The position numbers were made by a program, and so were the translations under genes. A stretch of 42,417 nucleotides of DNA from a virus. This document shows positions 37,035-42,417 of the stretch, piece after piece (within the stretch, counting starts at the first letter, position 1; every line of letters starts with the position of its first letter). A model generated the notes under the pieces. It searched no databases, had not been told where the DNA came from, and saw nothing but the letters and a program-made list of their open reading frames with translations. The stretch lies in UHGV virus genome UHGV-0385671; one strand, written 5' to 3'.

Positions 37035-37580
37035 TTATGTGTGAGATGAGTTATAAATAATTTCAGAGTGAAATTTAGTAATGAATGTGGAGTCATCAGG
37101 AATGTCATGCAGTACCAATGCATGAGCTCCTATTTTTACATCATTCCCTATATGCACTTTGCCACCAAGGATGGTGGCGTTACAGCCAATGGTTACATTA
37201 TTTCCTATGACAATATCCATATCATTAAATTCACCGCGAAGTCCAATAGTTACTCCAGGCTTAATTGAACAATTTTCACCTATTGTAACTTTGTGACCGA
37301 TAACAACGCCATTGAGATAAGATATGTCAAACCCTTTACCAATATTTACAGTTAAGGGAACGGTTACATTGTATTTATCAAGAATGAAACGTTCTATTTT
37401 TCCCGCAATCTTCCGACAGTATCCGCCTTTATCAAAAAGGTATTTGGCTATGCGCCACCAAAATAAATAACGTAATCTTCTGTGTTTTATTGCGCGAACA
37501 ATTGCTTTTCGCCAGGAGAAAGGGCGTTTATAACCTATTACTTCATAGTGTATACACTTTTTAAGTTCACTAATATTCAT
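37035..37580 (-). CDS. Left-handed beta-helix (hexapeptide-repeat) acetyltransferase, WcaB/serine acetyltransferase-like; candidate surface-polysaccharide modifier
   Basis: Tandem hexapeptide repeats (VVIGHKVTIGENCSIKPGVTIG..., IVIGNNVTIGCNATILGGKVHIGNDVKIGAHALV); AT-rich; convergent with tfa. Confidence 0.7.
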   Translation of the reverse strand: MNISELKKCIHYEVIGYKRPFSWRKAIVRAIKHRRLRYLFWWRIAKYLFDKGGYCRKIAGKIERFILDKYNVTVPLTVNIGKGFDISYLNGVVIGHKVTIGENCSIKPGVTIGLRGEFNDMDIVIGNNVTIGCNATILGGKVHIGNDVKIGAHALVLHDIPDDSTFITKFHSEIIYNSSHT

Positions 37581-37661
37581 ATGTCTATTATTCAGTAAAG
37601 ATAATTCTGTAACTTATTATTATATTAAGTTTAATGAGATTTTTCTACAGTTTACTGTCTT

Positions 37662-37793
37662 ACTCTCACGCCGGAGCAATGGGCGCAGGCTGGACGACAA
37701 ATTGCATCAGGAGTTTCTCGCCAGAAAGTGGCGATCATCTATGATGTTGGCGTATCGACTTTGTATAAGAAGTTTCCGGTCGGAGATGAATGA
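37662..37793 (+). pseudogene. 3' remnant of a Pin/Gin/Hin-family DNA invertase gene (C-terminal HTH only; catalytic domain missing)
   Basis: Frame encodes LTPEQWAQAGRQIASGVSRQKVAIIYDVGVSTLYKKFPVGDE, aligning with my recollection of the Pin C-terminus (LTKAEWEQAGRLLAQGIPRKQVALIYDVALSTLYKKHP); in-frame stop 27 nt upstream, no start. Confidence 0.65.
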
Positions 37794-37874
37794 AACCGTG
37801 GCACGTCGTATGCAAGAACGTGCCACGACTGGCTGATAAGCTTGTAAAAATCTTGAACAGGGAGTGGAGCATTT

Positions 37875-38522
37875 CTATGAAGCTAATTTGTTTAATTTCA
37901 TTTGTAGCGACTTTACTTCTTGGTCGATAATGTTGAATCCCTTATTGACGGCATCTCTTAGCTCTGCATCAATATTTTTTATCCCTTGAGCATAATCTAC
38001 CATTACATCTATTTTTTCATCATGTAATCTCTTATACATGGTTTTATCTTTGTTATTGTCAGCCATACCAATAAGGATTTTTTCATAATCCTCAATGAGT
38101 TTGTTGTTTCCTTTAAATGATTGTATTAATGACCGTGAATATGTGTAGATATTAATTATTGAGTCTCTGGCAGAATCATTTAGTTTTGCAATGACATTCG
38201 CATTTTGCTCATAGAATGTGAAATTATCATCCCCTACAGGGAAAGTGAGAATTAACATCTGTCCGGGTTTGATATTATCAATGTGTGTTTTCATCCTTTT
38301 ATTATATAAATTGATTAGGGTGAAAACTTCTCCCTTAACACCTTTTAATACTGAAAGTTGCAATTCAAGGGATTCTCTTTCTGTCTCTACTTTAGACAGC
38401 TTAGCTTGTTGGGTAACTCCTTTTAGGGTAAACCATCCGCCAATAAGAGTACCAACTAGAGCTGTGAGGGAGGAGGATAACCATCCAGGAATGCTATTTA
38501 AAAAATTACTAAATTCACTCAT
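37875..38522 (-). CDS. Membrane-anchored hypothetical protein (215 aa; N-terminal TM helix, coiled coil, C-terminal domain)
   Basis: Hydrophobic WLSSSLTALVGTLIGGWFTL near N-terminus; AT-rich; between invertase remnant and integrase. Confidence 0.55.
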   Translation of the reverse strand: MSEFSNFLNSIPGWLSSSLTALVGTLIGGWFTLKGVTQQAKLSKVETERESLELQLSVLKGVKGEVFTLINLYNKRMKTHIDNIKPGQMLILTFPVGDDNFTFYEQNANVIAKLNDSARDSIINIYTYSRSLIQSFKGNNKLIEDYEKILIGMADNNKDKTMYKRLHDEKIDVMVDYAQGIKNIDAELRDAVNKGFNIIDQEVKSLQMKLNKLAS

Positions 38523-38582
38523 TATAAGTACTCGCTAATATTGAACGATATATATATATCAAATTATTATAAAACTCGTCAG

Positions 38583-39014
38583 CTACTGGAGAAGGCTACC
38601 TGAACTTCGATCTATTCCTGCATCCATATAGTTGATGGTCTTCTGGAGCTCTTCGATTAGGGCAACAGCTTTTGCTCGAGAAATGCATATTAGTTGATCC
38701 GGAAATTCTTGTAAGGACCAGTTTGGTATACTGGCCATGTTATCAGTGAAGGATGCAGACAAGTAAACTTCATTGGTAACCAGAGAATAGCTTACCTCAA
38801 AATTGGTGAGCTCCGGCAAACTGCTAATGTTTGACTCTTTTCTGCGCATAACGTTATCCAGGACTGTGATTATGTACAGGTGATGGTCTTCAATTTTGAA
38901 GAGGGAGTCAAGGGGAGTCTCAAATGAACCGTTATAGAAAGGGGGGATCTTTGTGTTGCTGAACTTATGCAAAATTTTTTTGCACCATAAATCCAACAAC
39001 ACATTCAATAACAC
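38583..39014 (-). CDS. Hypothetical protein (143 aa; start uncertain, alternative ATG at 38849)
   Basis: AT-rich ORF upstream of and co-oriented with 37875..38522; no convincing SD for the longest start. Confidence 0.45.
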   Translation of the reverse strand: MLLNVLLDLWCKKILHKFSNTKIPPFYNGSFETPLDSLFKIEDHHLYIITVLDNVMRRKESNISSLPELTNFEVSYSLVTNEVYLSASFTDNMASIPNWSLQEFPDQLICISRAKAVALIEELQKTINYMDAGIDRSSGSLLQ

Positions 39015-39317
39015 ATTGCTGTATTACTATGAAAATAAATGTGTTTTTATTTGATCTCACACATATCACAATTAATACAGCGTTTAGTAATTAGTAAAGA
39101 CATTTCAATGAATTACCGTTAAATCATTTTAAAATCAGTAAGTTGTATCGAGTTTGTATGCTTTACTGTCATTAACTTACTGTATGTTGATCCAGTGTAT
39201 TTAACCTTGATAAACTCAGTCCAGCAACACAAAACCGCAACACATTACATTTTGTCCCGTAGAAAAGACTTGTATGTGTGAGCTTGTTTTCTGCGCCTAC
39301 GCAGATAAGGATTGAGA

Positions 39318-40715
39318 ATGCCGCGCACTGTAACACATAATCCGGATAGCCCCAATAATGACGATGTTTTAGCCGCATCTGAAAAATGGGACGCCTGTAA
39401 ACCCCCCTATACCAGCGCACACATGAAAATCTGTGTTGCTGCCGCCAAAATCATCCTCGCTGCTTCCGGTGTGGCTCGCCGTTCCAAATACGAAAAAGAG
39501 AACTATCTCCGTATCGATTTCAGCAAAGCCGGTAAGGTTACATTTTACGCCGAGTTTCCAAAAAAGATGGGCCTCAAAGGTAAAAAGCTCGGCGAGTGGC
39601 CGGAGCTCGCTATCCAGCTGGCGCGCGAAAAAGCGCTAGGTATGGCTGACGGTGGCCTGCGGGCAGAGTCCGTACATGCAGCGCTGGAAATGTACCGGGA
39701 TGACCTCAAAGCCAAAGTCGCACGGCAGAAGCTGAGCCCGGACAGTTTCACAACCTACGGGGTGCGTATAGACCGGATTAAAGCAACGTTCGGCGAGCGC
39801 GAGGTGTTCAGCGACGTAACATACAATCGGCTGGTGGAAGTGCTGGACGAGTGGATCGCCACTCGCTCGAACAATAACGCCCTGGAGTTGTTTGCCGAGC
39901 TCCGTCGGTTCTGGAAGTTCTGCGCACCTACTCTTTGCAACGGCCGCAATGTTGCCGCCAGTCTGCCAGATGATTATGTTTCCTCCCGCGTACAGAAACC
40001 TACCCCCACACGGCTTTTTACCGATATTGAATCAATCGCCCGACTCTGGCTCAATGTTGCTGCCTGCGCCTCTGTACACCAGAAGAATGCTGTTCGCTTC
40101 ATGATCATCACTGGCGTTCGTCCGATTAATGTCCATAACCTGCGCTGGGACTACGTTCACGAGGAGGCTGGTGAAATTGTTTATCCGGAAGGGGTTATCG
40201 GCATGCGAGGGGCTATGAAAACACAAAAGGCTTTCCGCCTGCCGATAACGCCTGAGATCCGGCGGATTATCGACGAGCAGAAAGCCTGGCGTGATTCAGT
40301 TCCTGAGTGCAATAGGGATTATGTATTTTTGCAGCCACGTGATCCAATGCAGCCATTTTCAAAACGATCACTGGATAAGCTAGTGAAAACATACAGCCCG
40401 GACGGGGCTGTAAAAGGAATAAAACATGATGGGACTGTTAAAGGGAAAGACGGTGCATTTAATACTATGTGCCGTAAATTCCTTAAGAGCAATGTTATTG
40501 CCTTGATGAAGGAAAGAGGCTATTCCCGCTCAGACCGAAGGGAAATCAGCCTCCTTTGCCTTCATCACTCCAGCAAGTCAGATGACCCGATGGCAGAACA
40601 TTACGACTTTTCTGATGAGATTTTACAGGAAGAGATTGCGTTGAAGCGCGAAGCTTTCGAAGCTCACGAGCGGAGCATACTTGCGCAGGTGGCATTGCTA
40701 CGACGGCGAGGTTAA
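39318..40715 (+). CDS. int: Tyrosine integrase (P4-like family)
   Basis: AAGGA SD upstream of ATG 39318; catalytic-region motifs TGVRPINVHNLRWDYV, MKTQKAFRLPI, LCLHHSSKS, EHYDFS. Confidence 0.8.
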   Translation: MPRTVTHNPDSPNNDDVLAASEKWDACKPPYTSAHMKICVAAAKIILAASGVARRSKYEKENYLRIDFSKAGKVTFYAEFPKKMGLKGKKLGEWPELAIQLAREKALGMADGGLRAESVHAALEMYRDDLKAKVARQKLSPDSFTTYGVRIDRIKATFGEREVFSDVTYNRLVEVLDEWIATRSNNNALELFAELRRFWKFCAPTLCNGRNVAASLPDDYVSSRVQKPTPTRLFTDIESIARLWLNVAACASVHQKNAVRFMIITGVRPINVHNLRWDYVHEEAGEIVYPEGVIGMRGAMKTQKAFRLPITPEIRRIIDEQKAWRDSVPECNRDYVFLQPRDPMQPFSKRSLDKLVKTYSPDGAVKGIKHDGTVKGKDGAFNTMCRKFLKSNVIALMKERGYSRSDRREISLLCLHHSSKSDDPMAEHYDFSDEILQEEIALKREAFEAHERSILAQVALLRRRG

Positions 40716-40912
40716 TACCGGCTGCGACACTTTTGAATAAAAGCGTCTACATTGCGGCGCTCATAACGAACTACTTTTGCACTGAAACGAATTGGTGCCA
40801 GGATAGCCCGATGACGATGCTTAATATTCCACTCACATAGCGTTTTCTGTGTAATACCTAACTTTTGGCATACTTCATCCGGGGTGAGTAAATCGTCGGG
40901 TTTCTCGCTCAT
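40712..40912 (-). CDS. AlpA-family HTH protein (likely excisionase/regulator)
   Basis: 66 aa; LTPDEVCQKLGITQKTLCEW and VVRYERRNVDAFI pattern; 4-nt overlaps with the helicase gene and convergent with int. Confidence 0.7.
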   Translation of the reverse strand: MSEKPDDLLTPDEVCQKLGITQKTLCEWNIKHRHRAILAPIRFSAKVVRYERRNVDAFIQKCRSRY

Positions 40913-42306
40913 GCTATACCTCTCTTTTTCATGGCATCGAGCAGGATGTCCTGCACTGTTCGTTTTGAGTTGCGCCGCTCCATCACCATTTCGTCCATAG
41001 TGTCGGCAGCAATAATGTGGTGAATAAATACCGGACGATTGTGTCCGGCCTGTATCTGCCTGGTGGGGCCGATACGTTCAATAATTTGCTGATATTGCTC
41101 CAGGTCCCACCAGTGTGAGAAAAATACCAGTATATTCCCGCCGTCCTGCATGTTCAGGCCGTGGCCCGCGCTGGCTGGGTGTGCAAAGAGAACAGGAATC
41201 TTTCCGGAATTCCAGTCGCGCAGTGTCTGTGGATCCTGGTCGAGGTGACGACCGCGAGGGAATGCTTTAAGCAAGCGTTCAAGATCGTGTTTCCAGTGAT
41301 AAGCAACCAGCACAGGTGCGCCAGCTGCTTCGGTCAGTATGCTGTCCAGCGCCTGTAGTTTGGTGTCATGCAGTTCTGACCAACTTCCGGTGTCGTCTGT
41401 GTATACTGCGCCACTGGCGATTTGAAGACACTTCAGTGTCTTTGCCGCGGCGTTCGGTGCTTCGATACCTTCGCCATTCAGCTCGAGGAACATTTCCTTT
41501 TCCATTTCACGATACTGCTGACGGGCCTTCGGCGGCATATCCACGCGGATTACGTTATGGATGGGGTCTTTGATATCGAACCAGTCGGCCGCATCCAGCG
41601 AGAGGGTCACATCGGCTAATGCTCGCTGTATTTCACCCTGTGAGTGAGCAAAAGGCTCCAGTTTAGTCCAGCTCTGTCCCGGAAACTGTATCGAGTTGAA
41701 CCAGCGTGAGGTAAACGCGCCGTAAGTGCGCCCGAGACGTTGCCCTTGGTCCACAAACCACGATTGTCCCCACAAATCTACCAGGCCGTTCGGTGCTGGC
41801 GTACCGGTGAGATTTATCCAGCGCCGGACATACTTATGCGCCACTTTGCCCAGCGCCGCCGCGCGCTTACCACCACCTCGCAGCCGGAAGGATTTTAGCC
41901 GGGTGCTTTCATCTGGAATGACAATACCGAACGGCCATCGTTCTCCCAATTCTTCAACCAGCCAGACAAGGTTATCGTAGTTGATGGTGAACACGCTTGC
42001 GTTGCTGTTCGCCAGCGCCGTAGAGCGCGCTTTGGCATTACCAACAATCGGCTGCACCTCGATATTGCGCAAATGCCCCCACTTCACTGCTTCATCCGGC
42101 CAGGTGTTTGCTGCAACACGTAGCGGCGCGAGGACCAGTGCGGGGCGTGTTTCTGCCCCTGCCATAAAAAGATCTTCCAGCGCAGTGAGCGTTGCCACGG
42201 TTTTACCCATTCCCATGCCTGCCCAGATGTTGCAGCGCATAATGTCGATTTGATGATTGATGATGAGATCTTGGTAGGGGTGAGGTGAAAATATAGCATA
42301 GTCCAT
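40909..42306 (-). CDS. SNF2-family helicase (superfamily 2 ATPase)
   Basis: Walker A GMGMGKT, DEAD-like box IPDEST, C-terminal helicase motifs; GGAGATA SD upstream of ATG 42306. Confidence 0.8.
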   Translation of the reverse strand: MDYAIFSPHPYQDLIINHQIDIMRCNIWAGMGMGKTVATLTALEDLFMAGAETRPALVLAPLRVAANTWPDEAVKWGHLRNIEVQPIVGNAKARSTALANSNASVFTINYDNLVWLVEELGERWPFGIVIPDESTRLKSFRLRGGGKRAAALGKVAHKYVRRWINLTGTPAPNGLVDLWGQSWFVDQGQRLGRTYGAFTSRWFNSIQFPGQSWTKLEPFAHSQGEIQRALADVTLSLDAADWFDIKDPIHNVIRVDMPPKARQQYREMEKEMFLELNGEGIEAPNAAAKTLKCLQIASGAVYTDDTGSWSELHDTKLQALDSILTEAAGAPVLVAYHWKHDLERLLKAFPRGRHLDQDPQTLRDWNSGKIPVLFAHPASAGHGLNMQDGGNILVFFSHWWDLEQYQQIIERIGPTRQIQAGHNRPVFIHHIIAADTMDEMVMERRNSKRTVQDILLDAMKKRGIA

Positions 42307-42373
42307 GGTATTGTATCTCCATGAATGAACTTATGTAGTAATAGCTTAATTATTTATTTCGAAAGGAACAGTT

Positions 42374-42417
42374 ATGACCTCAGCTTATACAGATGTCCAG
42401 CAAGAAGAAAATATTAC
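42374..42417 (+). CDS. N-terminal fragment of junction-spanning hypothetical protein (accessory cassette gene 1); continues at 1..844
   Basis: ATG at 42374 preceded by AAAGGAA Shine-Dalgarno; MTSAYTDVQQEENIT then runs off the window end in the same frame as ORF 1..844. Confidence 0.5.
   Translation, partial: MTSAYTDVQQEENI
42409..42417. repeat. 9-nt terminal identity (aaatattac) with positions 1..9; signature of a circular or overlapping-end sequence
   Basis: Last 9 nt aaatattac equal first 9 nt; reading frame of ORF 42374.. continues into 1..844 with or without collapsing the repeat. Confidence 0.7.

Larger units (their letters stand above)
1..42417. mobile_element. Complete, circularly permuted temperate tailed-phage genome (lambdoid regulation and lysis, PolA-type replication module, contractile Mu/e14-like tail)
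   Basis: Gene content covers integrase, CI/Cro, replication, Q-like regulator, S-R-Rz/Rz1, terminase, portal, capsid, sheath/tube/tape measure/baseplate/fibre. First 9 nt equal last 9 nt and an ORF reads in frame across the junction. No host-like flanking genes. Confidence 0.75.

Noticed and set aside
36452-37800. An intact invertible tail-fibre segment with a functional invertase
   Set aside because: Only the C-terminal HTH of a Pin-like invertase is present; there is no catalytic domain or start codon, I could not find convincing paired crossover sites, and the alternate cassette position holds an acetyltransferase.
1-42417. tRNA, rRNA, CRISPR arrays, IS elements or transposase genes
   Set aside because: No cloverleaf-like GC-rich segments with T-loop motifs, no regularly spaced direct repeats with spacers, and no transposase-like ORFs or terminal inverted repeats were seen; a tRNA scan would be needed to exclude a tRNA formally.
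1-42417. Interpretation as a chromosomal prophage with host flanks and attL/attR
   Set aside because: Both window ends fall inside the same reading frame, the terminal 9 nt are identical, and integrase lies in the interior next to cargo, as in a circular phage map.

Overview
The window reads as a complete, circularly permuted temperate tailed-phage genome of about 42.4 kb rather than a chromosomal prophage: the first 9 nt equal the last 9 nt, and one ORF starting at 42374 reads in frame across the junction into 1..844. All calls below come from reading the sequence and from recalled family motifs; no database search was run. Layout: (i) a minus-strand early-left operon (9159 down to 1644) with a PolA-type replication module (DUF2800 Cas4-like nuclease, DUF2815, family A DNA polymerase, DUF4406, VRR-NUC), with its SNF2 helicase and an AlpA-like gene at 40712..42306; (ii) a lambda-like CI/Cro switch (9485..10441) with palindromic operators; (iii) a primase-polymerase/helicase gene followed by an iteron-type putative origin (12619..12788); (iv) a Q-like regulator, tR'-like terminator and a lambda-type S-R-Rz/Rz1 lysis cassette; (v) terminase, portal and head genes; (vi) a contractile-tail module (sheath, tube, chaperone with a -1 frameshift site, tape measure, Mu/e14-like baseplate, HxH-repeat tail fibre, Tfa); (vii) a tyrosine integrase. 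Five AT-rich accessory loci interrupt these modules and are the best candidates for undescribed functions: the junction-spanning three-gene cassette (42374 to 1639), a plus-strand Cys-rich gene inside the replication operon (4545..5234), a 70-aa HEAT-like micro-protein antisense between terS and terL (15742..15954), a three-gene insert in the baseplate module including a tentative HEPN-like protein (30716..32314), and an acetyltransferase plus two unknown genes next to a decayed Pin-type invertase remnant (37035..39014). No tRNA, rRNA, CRISPR array or IS element was seen.
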